From: an uncultured Maricaulis sp.
GTDB lineage: Bacteria; Pseudomonadota; Alphaproteobacteria; Caulobacterales; Maricaulaceae
NCBI GenBank assembly: GCA_965228215.1
Contig: OZ245800.1
Span: forward strand, 1,599,939 to 1,663,938
Length of the DNA stretch: 64,000 nucleotides
Reading direction: 5' to 3'
Made by a program: the position numbers and the translations under genes. The notes beneath the pieces were generated by a model. It saw only the letters and a list, made by a program, of their open reading frames with translations, made no database searches and had not been told where the DNA came from. Shown piece after piece: positions 47,236-57,518 of this stretch. Position 1 is the stretch's first letter. Each line of letters begins with the position of its first letter.

Positions 47236-48108
47236 ATGGTGGACAGCGCGACCATAGGGGCCGAACGGGCCGGGCGCGCCAGCGGAAACGCCGCGGCGCG
47301 TTTCCTGATTCCGCTGATCGAGATTTTCCTGCTCGGATTGCTGGCATTTATTCTCGCCCGCTTGATCTGGCTGATCGCCTTCGGGGCCAGCGCAGGAGAT
47401 TTCCAGCTTGATACCCAGCGCAGCGCGGCCGCGGACGGCGGAGCACGTTACGAAGCCGATCTCAACCTCTTGCGCGATACCCGCCTGTTCGCCGATCGCC
47501 GTGCCGTCGAGGACGTCGCGGACGCGGTCGAGCTGGCGCCGGAAACCCAGCTCAATCTGGTGCTGCGCGGCGTGCGCCGGGGCGAGGACGCCCAGAGCGG
47601 GGCCGCCATCATCCAGACGCCGGACAACCGGCAGCAATTCTTCGCGGTCGACGCCGAGATCATGGATGGCGTGACGCTGGAGGAAGTGCATGTCGACCAT
47701 GTCATCATCCGTCGCCGCGGCATCGCGGAATCGCTCTACCTGCGCGAGGAAAGCGAACGTCGCGCCGCCGCAGCGCGATCGGCCGCCGCAACGCCTCCCG
47801 CCAGTGAAGACGCCGCAAGCGGAGTGCCCAATGCGCTGGAAGGCCTGGATCTGAGCGATGTCTTCCAGGTCCGGCCGGCCGTGATGAATGGCCGCCTGAT
47901 CGGCTATCGCCTGACCGGCAGCAATGCCCCGGTGATCGAGGCGCTCGGCTTGCGGGCCGGCGATGTCATCACCGAGATCAATGGAAATTCCCTGGCGGAC
48001 TCCTCCGACCTGGCCGGCCTGCTCGAGGCGGTCGAGGAGGAGGAGACGCTGTATGTTGCCGTTTCACGCAACGGCATGTCACTCACCATTCAGATGGATC
48101 TGCCCTGA
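47236..48108 (+). CDS. gspC: type II secretion protein C
   Basis: N-terminal TM; HR domain (LVLRGV...AIIQTPD...F.V...I.DGVTLEEV..DHVII.RRG..ESL); C-terminal PDZ-like GLRAGDVITEING. Confidence 0.85.
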   Translation: MVDSATIGAERAGRASGNAAARFLIPLIEIFLLGLLAFILARLIWLIAFGASAGDFQLDTQRSAAADGGARYEADLNLLRDTRLFADRRAVEDVADAVELAPETQLNLVLRGVRRGEDAQSGAAIIQTPDNRQQFFAVDAEIMDGVTLEEVHVDHVIIRRRGIAESLYLREESERRAAAARSAAATPPASEDAASGVPNALEGLDLSDVFQVRPAVMNGRLIGYRLTGSNAPVIEALGLRAGDVITEINGNSLADSSDLAGLLEAVEEEETLYVAVSRNGMSLTIQMDLP

Positions 48109-50048
48109 TGTTCGAGTTTTCGAAACGCCTCGCAGGCGGGCTGCTGGCCCTGTCCCTCCTGATCGCCGTGCCTCCGGCCCGGGCTCAGGAACATGTGGTC
48201 AATTTCAACCAGGCAGAAATCCAGGCCGTCATCGACGATGTGTCCTCGGTGACGGGCTATACATTCATCGTCGATCCGACGGTGCGGGGCCGTGTCACGA
48301 TCACCTCGCAGACCCCGGTCACGCCGGACCAGTATTTCCAGATCTTCCTGTCGACCATGCGCGTGCACGGATACACGGTGGTTCCCACCGCGACCGGGGC
48401 CTACCAGATCGTCCCGGAACAGGCCGCTTCGCGCTCGACCTCGCCGGTGAATGCCGATCTGCGCGGTGACCAGTATGTCACCTCGGTCGTGCGCCTGAAC
48501 CATGTCGGTTCGCGTGATGCGCTGACCGTGCTGCGCCCGATCGTGACGACACAGGGCTCGATCAATGCGGCCGAGGGCGGCGACGTCCTGGTGATCGTCG
48601 ATCTCGCGGAAAACATGCGCCGTATCCAGCAGGTCATCCGCGATCTTGATCGCGATACGTCGGTGTTCGAAATGGTCGAGCTGACCAATGTATCGGCCGC
48701 CGAGATGGCGCGCATCATCCAGACCGTCCGCCAGCGCAATACGGCCGGCGAGGATGATGCCGTGTTCAACGTCACTGTCGCCCCGATCCCGGCCTCCAAT
48801 ACCGTGCTCCTGCGCGGCACCGCACCGGCCGTGCGCGAAATGGCGCGCCTTGTCCGGGAAGTCGACAGCGTGTCGGAGTCCAACCAGAATTTCCGCGTCA
48901 TCTATCTCAATCACGCCGACGGCGCCGACATGCTGCCGATCCTGGAACAGGTGGTCGAGACGCTGACCGACCAGGACAGTGTCGGCCGCCGGCCCTCCGT
49001 CTCGCACCATGTCGCGACCAATGCGGTGATCATCAATGCCGAACCGGATGTGCAGCGCGAGCTCGAACTGGTCATCCGCCAGCTCGATATCCGCCGGCCG
49101 CAAGTCCTGGTCGAGGGCATTATCGTGGAGATTTCCGACACTGCTGCCGAGGCGCTGGGCGTGCAGATGCTGTTGACGGGCGGTCCGGACAGCGATTCGC
49201 CGCTGGCCATGACGCGTTTCTCCAACACCAATCCCGACCTGCTTGCCCTGTCCGGCGCGGTGACGTCTGCGGGCGACAGCACGGACACGATCAATGACAC
49301 GCTGCGCACGGCTGCGCTCAATTCGCTGCTGGGCGTGGATGGTTCGGCGATCGGTTTCGGCGGCCAGAACAGCGACGGCACGCTCTTCGGCCTGATCCTG
49401 AATGCCGTTGAGAGCGATACCGACTCCAACCTCCTGTCGACGCCCTCCATCCTGGCCATGGACAATCAGGAAGCCTCCTTCCTGTCGGGCCAGGAAATCC
49501 CGATCACGACGGGCGAAGTCCTGGGTAATGACAATTCCAATCCCTTCCGCACGATCCAGCGCGAGGAAGTGGGCGTGAAACTCATCGTTCGCCCGCAGAT
49601 CTCTGCCGGCGACACGGTGCGCCTCTTCATCGAGCAGGAAGTTTCGTCGATCGCGGGCCCGGTCACGGCCAGCTCGTCCGACCTGATCACCAACAAGCGG
49701 TCGGTCCAGACCACCGTGCTGGCGGACAATGGCGAGATCATCGTGCTGGGCGGGCTGATCGAGCAGGATGACCAGGACTCCACGACCGGCGTGCCGGGTC
49801 TCAGCCGTCTGCCGGGTGTCGGGCGTCTCTTCCGCTCCGACAGCACAACGACCAAGCGTACCAATCTGATGATCTTCATCCGGCCGACGATCATTCGCGA
49901 CGAGGCGGACATGCAGGCCGTGACGCAGCAGCGCTACGACTACATCTCGTCCAGCCAGCGGCTCGCCGATCCGAACGGCCAGAGCTCGCTGGAGACGATC
50001 GTCGACATGCTGATGACCACGCCGCCGGCCGCGGCAGACGACGAGTAG
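48108..50048 (+). CDS. gspD: type II secretion secretin D
   Basis: VSSVTGYTFIVDPTVRGRVT N0; LDIRRPQVLVEGIIVE; LSTPSILAMDNQEA; GQEIP; REEVGVKL.VRPQI; LGGLI; PGVGRLF. Confidence 0.95.
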   Translation: MFEFSKRLAGGLLALSLLIAVPPARAQEHVVNFNQAEIQAVIDDVSSVTGYTFIVDPTVRGRVTITSQTPVTPDQYFQIFLSTMRVHGYTVVPTATGAYQIVPEQAASRSTSPVNADLRGDQYVTSVVRLNHVGSRDALTVLRPIVTTQGSINAAEGGDVLVIVDLAENMRRIQQVIRDLDRDTSVFEMVELTNVSAAEMARIIQTVRQRNTAGEDDAVFNVTVAPIPASNTVLLRGTAPAVREMARLVREVDSVSESNQNFRVIYLNHADGADMLPILEQVVETLTDQDSVGRRPSVSHHVATNAVIINAEPDVQRELELVIRQLDIRRPQVLVEGIIVEISDTAAEALGVQMLLTGGPDSDSPLAMTRFSNTNPDLLALSGAVTSAGDSTDTINDTLRTAALNSLLGVDGSAIGFGGQNSDGTLFGLILNAVESDTDSNLLSTPSILAMDNQEASFLSGQEIPITTGEVLGNDNSNPFRTIQREEVGVKLIVRPQISAGDTVRLFIEQEVSSIAGPVTASSSDLITNKRSVQTTVLADNGEIIVLGGLIEQDDQDSTTGVPGLSRLPGVGRLFRSDSTTTKRTNLMIFIRPTIIRDEADMQAVTQQRYDYISSSQRLADPNGQSSLETIVDMLMTTPPAAADDE

Positions 50049-50050
50049 AC

Positions 50051-51544
50051 ATGGCGGATTCACACGATGCAGGAGAACGCCCGCACACGCCGATCGCCTA
50101 TGGCTTCGCGCGTCTGAAGGGGATTGCCTTCCGGCCCGGTGACACGCCGGCTTTTCTCTTGCGTACCGGTGCCGACCCGCTGGCCCTGATCGAGGCGCAT
50201 CGTGTTGTCGGCGAGTCCCATCCGGTCACCGAGCTTGATCCGGCGCGTTACGACCAGGCCCTGTCCGATATCTATGCCTATGACGGGCTCGCGGAGGACG
50301 AGCTGGACGAGACGGGTGAGGATGAGAGCCTCTCCCGCCTGATCGACGAGATCCCGGCCAGCGAGGATCTGCTGGATTCCACGACCGACGCTCCGATCAT
50401 CCGGCTGATCAACGGGCTGATCGCCGAGGCCATCCGTACCTCGGCCTCGGACATCCATGTCGAACCCTATGAAGACCGTGTCGCCATGCGCTACCGCATC
50501 GACGGAGTTCTGAAGGAAACGGCCAGTGTGGCGCCGCGTCTCGCTTCGCCGCTCGTCTCGCGCATCAAGGTCATGGCCCGGCTGGACATCGCCGAGAAAC
50601 GCGTGCCCCAGGACGGCCGCCTGACCCTGACGCTGGGCGGCAAGGCCGTGGATGTCCGCGTCTCCACCCTGCCGTCGCGCCATGGCGAGCGCGTTGTCAT
50701 GCGCCTGCTGGACAATTCCGCCTCGCGCTTCGCGCTCGAGCAATTGGGCATGCCGCCGGAAGTCCTGGCCGATTTCGACCGCTCCCTGGCCCAGCCCAAC
50801 GGCATCATCCTGGTCACCGGTCCGACGGGTGCGGGCAAGACCACCACGCTCTATGCCGGTCTCAACAAGCTCAATGAGCAGACCCGGAATATTCTCACTG
50901 TCGAGGACCCGATCGAATACGCCATCGACGGCATCGGCCAGACCCAGGTCAACGCCAAGGTCGGGATGACGTTCGCGGCCGGATTGCGGGCCATCCTGCG
51001 CCAGGACCCGGACATCGTGATGGTCGGCGAGATCCGCGATGTCGAGACGGCCCAGATCGCGGTCCAGGCATCGCTGACCGGCCATCTCGTCCTGTCGACG
51101 GTGCATACCAATTCCGCCGTGGCCGCCATTGCGCGCCTGCGGGACATGGGGGTCGAATCCTACCTGCTGGCCTCAACCCTGTCGGCGATTGTCGCCCAGC
51201 GCCTGGTCCGCCGCCTGTGTCCGCATTGTCGCGAGGCCTATCAGCCCGATGATGCCGAACTGGACCTGCTCGGGCTCGAGAGCGGGGCAGACGTCACGCT
51301 CTACCGGCCGAAGGGTTGCGATCATTGCAAGCAACTGGGTTATGAGGGCCGGACAGGTGTCTACGAGATCGTCGTGGTCGATGAGGGCATGCGCAGCCTG
51401 ATCCATGATGATGCGCGCGAAAGCGAGATGGCGGAGCACGCCTTCGCCGAGCGCAAGACATTGTCCGAACACGGCAAGACGCTGGCCCTCGCGGGCGAGA
51501 CCAGCCTGTCCGAAGTCCTGCGCGTGAGCCGCGACGAGGGCTGA
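50051..51544 (+). CDS. gspE: type II secretion ATPase E
   Basis: ASDIHVEP; LDIAEKRVPQDG; Walker A GPTGAGKT; TVEDPIE; LRQDPDIVMVGEIRD; TGHLVLSTVH; CPHC...GCDHC Zn motif. Confidence 0.96.
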   Translation: MADSHDAGERPHTPIAYGFARLKGIAFRPGDTPAFLLRTGADPLALIEAHRVVGESHPVTELDPARYDQALSDIYAYDGLAEDELDETGEDESLSRLIDEIPASEDLLDSTTDAPIIRLINGLIAEAIRTSASDIHVEPYEDRVAMRYRIDGVLKETASVAPRLASPLVSRIKVMARLDIAEKRVPQDGRLTLTLGGKAVDVRVSTLPSRHGERVVMRLLDNSASRFALEQLGMPPEVLADFDRSLAQPNGIILVTGPTGAGKTTTLYAGLNKLNEQTRNILTVEDPIEYAIDGIGQTQVNAKVGMTFAAGLRAILRQDPDIVMVGEIRDVETAQIAVQASLTGHLVLSTVHTNSAVAAIARLRDMGVESYLLASTLSAIVAQRLVRRLCPHCREAYQPDDAELDLLGLESGADVTLYRPKGCDHCKQLGYEGRTGVYEIVVVDEGMRSLIHDDARESEMAEHAFAERKTLSEHGKTLALAGETSLSEVLRVSRDEG

Positions 51545-51548
51545 GACC

Positions 51549-52796
51549 ATGCCGGCCTTCGAATACGAGGCGCTGAACGCCGCAGGCAAACGGACCCGGG
51601 GTCTGATCACCGCGGATTCCGAACTCGCCGCCCGCCGCCTCTTGCGTGGCCAGTCCCTGGCGCCGCTCAGTATCGGCCGCGCCGACGCATCGCGGCAGAC
51701 GGACACGGCCGCCGACGGAAGTGCGGGTGCGTCGACCGGTATCAGCCTGGCGCGGACCGACCTGTCCTCGCGTGAACGCATGCTGGTGACCCGCCAACTC
51801 GCCAGTCTCATCGATGCCGGCATGCCGATTGCCGAGGCGCTCGGCCTGATCGGCAATCAGCTCGACAGCCATCACATGCGCCGCATCCTCCTGGCCGTCC
51901 GGTCGCGGGTGACCGAGGGCGAGCGTTTCGCCGACGCGCTGGCGGCCTTCCCGAAATCCTTCCCGCCCGTCTATTGCGCCCTGATTGCGGCCGGTGAGGG
52001 GTCGGGTTCGCTGGGTACGGTGATGGAGCGTCTGGCCGACCACCTGGAAAAGGAAGCGGCCGTGCGCAATCGCATCACGGGTGCGCTGATCTATCCAGCT
52101 CTTCTGACCGTGGTGGCAATCGGTGTCGTAGCCATGCTGATGCTGTTCGTGGTGCCGCGCATCGCCGAGCAATTCACCGGCATGGGCGTTTCCCTGCCGG
52201 CGCTGACCCGCTTCATGATGGGCATGTCGGAATTCCTCGTGAACGCCTGGCCGGTCCTGCTGGGACTGATTGCCGTTGTGATCATCGGCGGTGGCCTGGC
52301 CCTGTCGCGCGAGCCGGTACGGCGGCAATTCGACAGCCTGGTCGCAGGCCTGCCGGTCCTGGGCGGGTTCCTGCGACGCGCCGAGGCGGCGCGTTTTGCC
52401 CGCACGATGGGCATTCTGGTGACTTCGGGAACGGTGCTGCCGGATGCCCTGCGCGCGGCCCGACGTTCGGCAGATAATCTGGCCTTCAAGGATGCCGTCA
52501 CGGCGGTGATCCGCGATGTCGAGACGGGCAAGGCTCTCTCAGATGCGATGAAGGCGAGCCGGTGGTTCCCGCCGCTGATGCTCTACATGATCGCTGCCGG
52601 AGAACGCTCCGGACGCCTGGGCGACATGTTCGGCCGGTCGGCGGACCAGCTCGACCAGGACATTGATTCCACCATCACCATCGGTCTCAACCTGCTTGAG
52701 CCCGGTATCATTCTTGTCCTCGGCGGCGTGGTTGTGACCATCGTGCTCTCGATCCTGCTGCCGATCCTGCAACTCAACACTCTTGCCCTGGGATAG
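51549..52796 (+). CDS. gspF: type II secretion inner-membrane platform protein F
   Basis: MPAFEYEAL; TRQLASLIDAGMP; AAGEGSG.L..VMERLA; LIYP; AAGERSGRL; LLEP. Confidence 0.95.
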   Translation: MPAFEYEALNAAGKRTRGLITADSELAARRLLRGQSLAPLSIGRADASRQTDTAADGSAGASTGISLARTDLSSRERMLVTRQLASLIDAGMPIAEALGLIGNQLDSHHMRRILLAVRSRVTEGERFADALAAFPKSFPPVYCALIAAGEGSGSLGTVMERLADHLEKEAAVRNRITGALIYPALLTVVAIGVVAMLMLFVVPRIAEQFTGMGVSLPALTRFMMGMSEFLVNAWPVLLGLIAVVIIGGGLALSREPVRRQFDSLVAGLPVLGGFLRRAEAARFARTMGILVTSGTVLPDALRAARRSADNLAFKDAVTAVIRDVETGKALSDAMKASRWFPPLMLYMIAAGERSGRLGDMFGRSADQLDQDIDSTITIGLNLLEPGIILVLGGVVVTIVLSILLPILQLNTLALG

Positions 52797-52805
52797 GAGG
52801 CGCGC

Positions 52806-53285
52806 ATGACCGACGCTTTGACCCCCGAACACCAATCCGAAGACGCCGCGGACGGCCGTGGCGACGGCCGCGACAAGGAGGCCGGATTCTCCCTCATGGA
52901 GATCATGATCTCCGTCGTAATCCTGGCCCTGCTCACCACGCTGGTGGTGATCAATGTCGCGCCGCTGGGAGACCAGGCCGCGGTGACGAAAGCCCGCGCC
53001 GATATTTCCTCGATCGAGCAGGCGCTGGACGCCTACCGGCTGGACATGCGCCGCTATCCCTCGCTGGAGGAAGGCCTCGACGCGCTGGTGAGCGAGCCGC
53101 GCGATGCCGAGGGCAATTACCGCGAGGGCGGCTATATCCGCCGCCTGCCGGACGATCCCTGGGGCAATCCCTATCAATATGTCTATCCGGGCGAGAACGG
53201 GATCGTGGACATTTTCTCTCTCGGGCGCGACGGCCGTGAAGGCGGCGAGGGCCCCGACGCCGATATCGGCAACTGGCAGGGCTGA
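52806..53285 (+). CDS. gspG: type II secretion major pseudopilin G
   Basis: Class III signal GFSLMEI; ALDAYRLD...YPS...GL.AL; LPDDPWGNPYQY; SLGRDGREGGEG.DADIGNW. Confidence 0.95.
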   Translation: MTDALTPEHQSEDAADGRGDGRDKEAGFSLMEIMISVVILALLTTLVVINVAPLGDQAAVTKARADISSIEQALDAYRLDMRRYPSLEEGLDALVSEPRDAEGNYREGGYIRRLPDDPWGNPYQYVYPGENGIVDIFSLGRDGREGGEGPDADIGNWQG

Positions 53286-53788
53286 TGTCGCAAGATCGAC
53301 TGCCTCCCGACGCCGGCCTGTCGCTGGTGGAGATCCTGGTTGCGATCTCCATTCTGGCCCTGATGGCCGCGACCGTGACGCTGAGCATGGCGCCCGGCAG
53401 CGATCCCCTGCGCGACGAGGCGGACCGGCTGGCGCTGAGTTTCCGGCATGCGAGCCAGGAAGCCATGGTGACCGGTCAGCCGGTCGGGTTTGCGCTGGAC
53501 GGTGATGGCGGCGGATATCAATTCACCAGCTATGTCGATGGCCGCTGGTGGGCGATCAATGACCACCCCACACTGGGCCGGCACGACTTGACCGACCGGG
53601 TCGAGGCGCGCCTGGAGGGCGGATGGCCCGTGGCGCAGGACGCTGATGATGTCCTTCTCCTGCCGGATGTGTGGTTCGATCCGGCTGCCATGACCGACCC
53701 GTTCAGCCTGCGCCTGGTGCATGAAGGCGATGCGGTCACGCTGGACTGGACGCTGACCGGACGTGTGCGCATCGCGGAGGCCGGCTGA
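53285..53788 (+). CDS. gspH: type II secretion minor pseudopilin H
   Basis: GLSLVEILV class III signal; LRDEADRLA; position after gspG. Confidence 0.85.
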   Translation: MSQDRLPPDAGLSLVEILVAISILALMAATVTLSMAPGSDPLRDEADRLALSFRHASQEAMVTGQPVGFALDGDGGGYQFTSYVDGRWWAINDHPTLGRHDLTDRVEARLEGGWPVAQDADDVLLLPDVWFDPAAMTDPFSLRLVHEGDAVTLDWTLTGRVRIAEAG

Positions 53789-53790
53789 TC

Positions 53791-54162
53791 ATGAGCGGTC
53801 CGGCGCGCGATAACGGGTTTTCCCTGATCGAGGTGATGGTGGCGGTTTTCGTGCTCGCGCTCAGCGGCATCGCCATCGTGCAGCTGATGCAGACCTCCAC
53901 CCGCAATACCGCAGCGGTCCAGGAACGCTCGATCGCGATGCTCGCCGCCGAGAATGTCCTCAACACCGAACTCATCCGACCAGGCCGTCTGCAAGACCGG
54001 CAAGGCGGGTATGACATTGCCGGACGCCGATATGACTGGCGCCTGGACGTAGAGGGCACCACCGATGCCGGGCTCTTGCGCGTCGTGCTGGAAGTCCGCG
54101 CCGAGGATGATGACCGCGTGCTTTCGCGTCTCGAGACCTTCCGTCGCCGGGAGGGTCTGTGA
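53791..54162 (+). CDS. gspI: type II secretion minor pseudopilin I
   Basis: GFSLIEVMVAV; ERSIAMLAAEN; 123 aa. Confidence 0.88.
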   Translation: MSGPARDNGFSLIEVMVAVFVLALSGIAIVQLMQTSTRNTAAVQERSIAMLAAENVLNTELIRPGRLQDRQGGYDIAGRRYDWRLDVEGTTDAGLLRVVLEVRAEDDDRVLSRLETFRRREGL

Positions 54163-54806
54163 TGTCCGCTCGCAGCGATGCCGGTTTTTCCCTCGTCGAG
54201 ATCCTGGTCGGCCTCTTCGTCTTTGCGCTGGCTGCCAGTATGGCGGTGGTCATGCTCGCCGCGACGGTGGAGGGCGAGGTCGTCAACCAGGAAGCCCTGG
54301 AACGGGTCGAGGGTCTGGACCGGATCCGCACCGTGCTGCGCGATGATCTCGGACAGATCGTCGAACGCCCGGTCCGAGATGCCGACGGCTATGTGCGCGA
54401 TTATTTGTTTGCCGGCACGCATGCCGGCGTGCCGACCCGCACGGGCCAGTTCGATGATGACCGCCTGGTGCTCAGTTTCACCCGCCGCGGACGCGCCAAT
54501 CCCGGCGCCATCCGGCCGCGTAGTTCGCTGATCTTCGTGGAATACCGGCTGCGTGACGGCGCGCTTGTCCGACGGGCCGCCAACCACCCGGACATGGCCG
54601 CGGCCGATGATGTGCGTGAACTTGTCCTGGCTGTTGATGTGGAGGATTTCGAGCTCGAATTCTTCTTCGGCTCCAGCTGGGGGCGAGAGGCGCTGGTGCC
54701 GGTCGAGGGCAATGACATCTCCCTGCCGCAAGCGGTACGTTTGCGCTATTCCGCGCCGGTCTTCGGCTCGGTGGAACACGTCGTCCTGACGTCGCAGGCG
54801 CCATGA
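54159..54806 (+). CDS. gspJ: type II secretion minor pseudopilin J
   Basis: GFSLVEILV; LRDDLGQIV.R; VEYRLRDGALVR; LPQAV. Confidence 0.88.
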   Translation: MMSARSDAGFSLVEILVGLFVFALAASMAVVMLAATVEGEVVNQEALERVEGLDRIRTVLRDDLGQIVERPVRDADGYVRDYLFAGTHAGVPTRTGQFDDDRLVLSFTRRGRANPGAIRPRSSLIFVEYRLRDGALVRRAANHPDMAAADDVRELVLAVDVEDFELEFFFGSSWGREALVPVEGNDISLPQAVRLRYSAPVFGSVEHVVLTSQAP

Positions 54807-55804
54807 TGTTCGGGCGCAAGGACGATAACGCCGCCGAGCGCGGTTCCTCGCTGGCCAGTGCGCTGCTGCTGGTGGCGGTGATGTCGCTGGTCGCCTTGTC
54901 GCTGGTCGGTGATCTGCGCGTGGCGATGCGGCGATCCGGCAATATGGAATTCCGCGACCAGGCGCACTGGTATGCCCTGGGTGCGCGCGACTATACCGAG
55001 ACGCTCATCGAGCGCGCGATGGATACGCCGGAATCCACCTTCCGTCCGGATGCGGAATGGCTGGCCGGGCCCAGCATTTTCCCGATCGAGAACGGGCAAT
55101 TGCTCGGCCGGATCCATGATGGAAACAATTGCTTCAATCTGAACGGTCTCGTGACCATGGACGAGCGCGGCCGGATGCTCGCCGATCCGGGTCAGCAGCG
55201 GCGTTTCGAGATCCTGCTGACCGAGCTGGGCCTGCAGGCCAACCAGGCGGCGATGATCGCGGCCCAGGCCGTGGACTGGATCGACAGTGACAATCGCCCG
55301 GTTTCCGCCGGAGCCGAGGACCCGTCCTACGCCCGCGCCGACCGGCCCTACCGCACCGGCAATACGCTGATGGCGGAACGCGAGGAATTGCTGGCGCTGG
55401 AGGCGATGACACCGGCGCTCTATGCGCAGATCGCCGATTTCGTCTGCACTCGCCCGGTCGCCGAACCGCTGCGTCTCAACATCAACACGCTGGGGGTCGA
55501 GCAATTGCCCCTGCTGATTGCCGTGTTCGAGGGCGAGCTGACACTGGCGAGCGCGGAAGCGGTGCTGCAGCAGCGTCCGGCGGAGGGTTTCGCCAATCTC
55601 GACCTGTTCTGGGCGCTCGACGAGATTGCCGCGCTCCAGCTCGACGCGTCACGCCGCAATGTGGTCGGCCTGGCCTCCACCTATTTTGAAATCGAGATCG
55701 ATGTCCTCTATTCCGGCATGCGCTATCAATTGCGCGAGACCGTGGAACATCGCACCAGCGGCCGGCCCGTCCGGCTGAGCCAGAGATACGGTATGTTTTC
55801 ATGA
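54803..55804 (+). CDS. gspK: type II secretion minor pseudopilin K
   Basis: RGSSLASALL (no Glu5); CFNLN; DWIDSD...GAED..Y; LNINT; STYFEI. Confidence 0.9.
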   Translation: MMFGRKDDNAAERGSSLASALLLVAVMSLVALSLVGDLRVAMRRSGNMEFRDQAHWYALGARDYTETLIERAMDTPESTFRPDAEWLAGPSIFPIENGQLLGRIHDGNNCFNLNGLVTMDERGRMLADPGQQRRFEILLTELGLQANQAAMIAAQAVDWIDSDNRPVSAGAEDPSYARADRPYRTGNTLMAEREELLALEAMTPALYAQIADFVCTRPVAEPLRLNINTLGVEQLPLLIAVFEGELTLASAEAVLQQRPAEGFANLDLFWALDEIAALQLDASRRNVVGLASTYFEIEIDVLYSGMRYQLRETVEHRTSGRPVRLSQRYGMFS

Positions 55805-57024
55805 GCCAGGACCTCCTCCTTCATGTCCGGCCCGATGGCGGCCTGATCTGGTCGATGATCGACCGGGTTTCGGGTGCACGCCTGCGGCATGGCGAGGCCG
55901 GACCGGGCGAAATACCGGACACGGGCGAGACCGGCGAGGTCACGCGCACGCTCTGCCTCCTGCCGACCGAACATGTTTTCCTGACGCGGATCAGCCTGCC
56001 GGCGCGATCCGAACGCGAGGCCCGCCAGGCGGCGCCATTCATGATCGAGGACGAGTTGGCTGCCGGTCTGGACGAGACCCGCGTGGCGATCGGCGAGAAG
56101 GATGCCGGCAATGAGCGCTGGGTGATGGCGGTCGACGAGGCCCGCGCCGAGGCCTGGCTGGCCGCGCTGGAGCCCGTGCTCGTGAGACCGGTGCATACCG
56201 TGCCCGACTGCCTGGCCATACCGTCACATGACGCTGTCCTGCGCCTCCATGATCGCGGCAATGCCGTTCTGGTGATGCTGGACGGGGAGGCCCGCGAGAG
56301 CGGCCGCAATGTCGGTGCAGCCGTAAGCCGCGGTCTTTTCGACACACTCCTTCCGGCTCTGGTCAAACAGGCCGGTGACGGTCAGATCGCCGTGTCGGCT
56401 TCGCTCGGTCTGGCCGGTGCCAATCTGACCGCGCTGGAGCACGAGGATCTCGATCGCGGTGCGTCACGCCTGGACGATGAATTCCTGAAGGGCCTGCCGC
56501 CCCTGTTCGGCGATCGCCTGCGCTCGACCTTCGACTGGTCGTCCGTGCTGCGCCCGCTGCGCCGGCCGGCGATGCTGGCCGGGGCCGCCTTGCTCGGTTT
56601 CGGCCTGTTGATGGGAGGCGAGGCGATCTATCTGCGCCACCAGGCGGACCGCTTCGATGACGCATCGGTGGCCCTGTTCCGCCAATCCTTCCCCGAGGTC
56701 ACGACCACGCTTGTCCCGGCGTCTGCCCGGCGCATTCTCGATCAGCGCCTTGCGGGTGTGACCGGGAATAGCGACGGCGTGTCCTTCCTGACGCTCAGTG
56801 CGGCGCTCGCCGATCTGACGCGGGAGAATGACCGGATCCGTATCGATCACCTGCGGTTCGACCGCAGCCGGGCCGAGCTGACCGTGTCGGCGATCTATAC
56901 CGAGTTTTCCGATTTCGATGCCCTGAGCCGCCAGGCGGCGGAGATGGGGCTGATCCTCGACGACCAGGGCACCCGTGAGGGTGATCGCGGGATCGAGGGT
57001 GATTTCGTGTTGAGGCTGCGATGA
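55801..57024 (+). CDS. gspL: type II secretion protein L
   Basis: QAAPFMIEDELA actin-like cytoplasmic domain; single TM; periplasmic ferredoxin-like tail. Confidence 0.85.
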   Translation: MSQDLLLHVRPDGGLIWSMIDRVSGARLRHGEAGPGEIPDTGETGEVTRTLCLLPTEHVFLTRISLPARSEREARQAAPFMIEDELAAGLDETRVAIGEKDAGNERWVMAVDEARAEAWLAALEPVLVRPVHTVPDCLAIPSHDAVLRLHDRGNAVLVMLDGEARESGRNVGAAVSRGLFDTLLPALVKQAGDGQIAVSASLGLAGANLTALEHEDLDRGASRLDDEFLKGLPPLFGDRLRSTFDWSSVLRPLRRPAMLAGAALLGFGLLMGGEAIYLRHQADRFDDASVALFRQSFPEVTTTLVPASARRILDQRLAGVTGNSDGVSFLTLSAALADLTRENDRIRIDHLRFDRSRAELTVSAIYTEFSDFDALSRQAAEMGLILDDQGTREGDRGIEGDFVLRLR

Positions 57025-57518
57025 ACGGCGTGATGCAGATGATCCAGCGCTTCTGGATGGAGCGCAGCCAGCGCGAACAGGTCCTGCTCGCGGTGATGGG
57101 TGTGCTGGCCGGCCTCGTCCTGCTGCAGGTCTTCGTCATCAGCCCGCTGCTGGATACGCACCAGCGCGCACGCGAGGACTATGCCGCCTCGATGCGCATG
57201 TATCGCAGCATGGAAGCGGACATACAGCGTTATGGCGAGATCCGCACGGGCGAAACGGCCTTCTCCAATTCGACCCAGCCCCTGCGCACCGTCGCCGGCA
57301 GCGTGGCGCTGAGCCATGGCATCTCGATCGCGCGCATGATCCCGTCGGATGACGGCCGGCTGACCGTGAATATTTCCCGCGCGGATTCCCAGGCGCTGAT
57401 GTCCTGGCTGATCGACCTGGAAACGCGTTACGGCGTCGAGATTATCTCGACGTCCATGGACCGCGAATCCGATGCCTTCGTGGAGGCCAATATCGTCCTG
57501 CGGCGCCGGGGAGGATGA
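57021..57518 (+). CDS. gspM: type II secretion protein M
   Basis: FW.ERSQREQVLL, TM, LMSWLIDLE; position. Confidence 0.85.
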   Translation: MNGVMQMIQRFWMERSQREQVLLAVMGVLAGLVLLQVFVISPLLDTHQRAREDYAASMRMYRSMEADIQRYGEIRTGETAFSNSTQPLRTVAGSVALSHGISIARMIPSDDGRLTVNISRADSQALMSWLIDLETRYGVEIISTSMDRESDAFVEANIVLRRRGG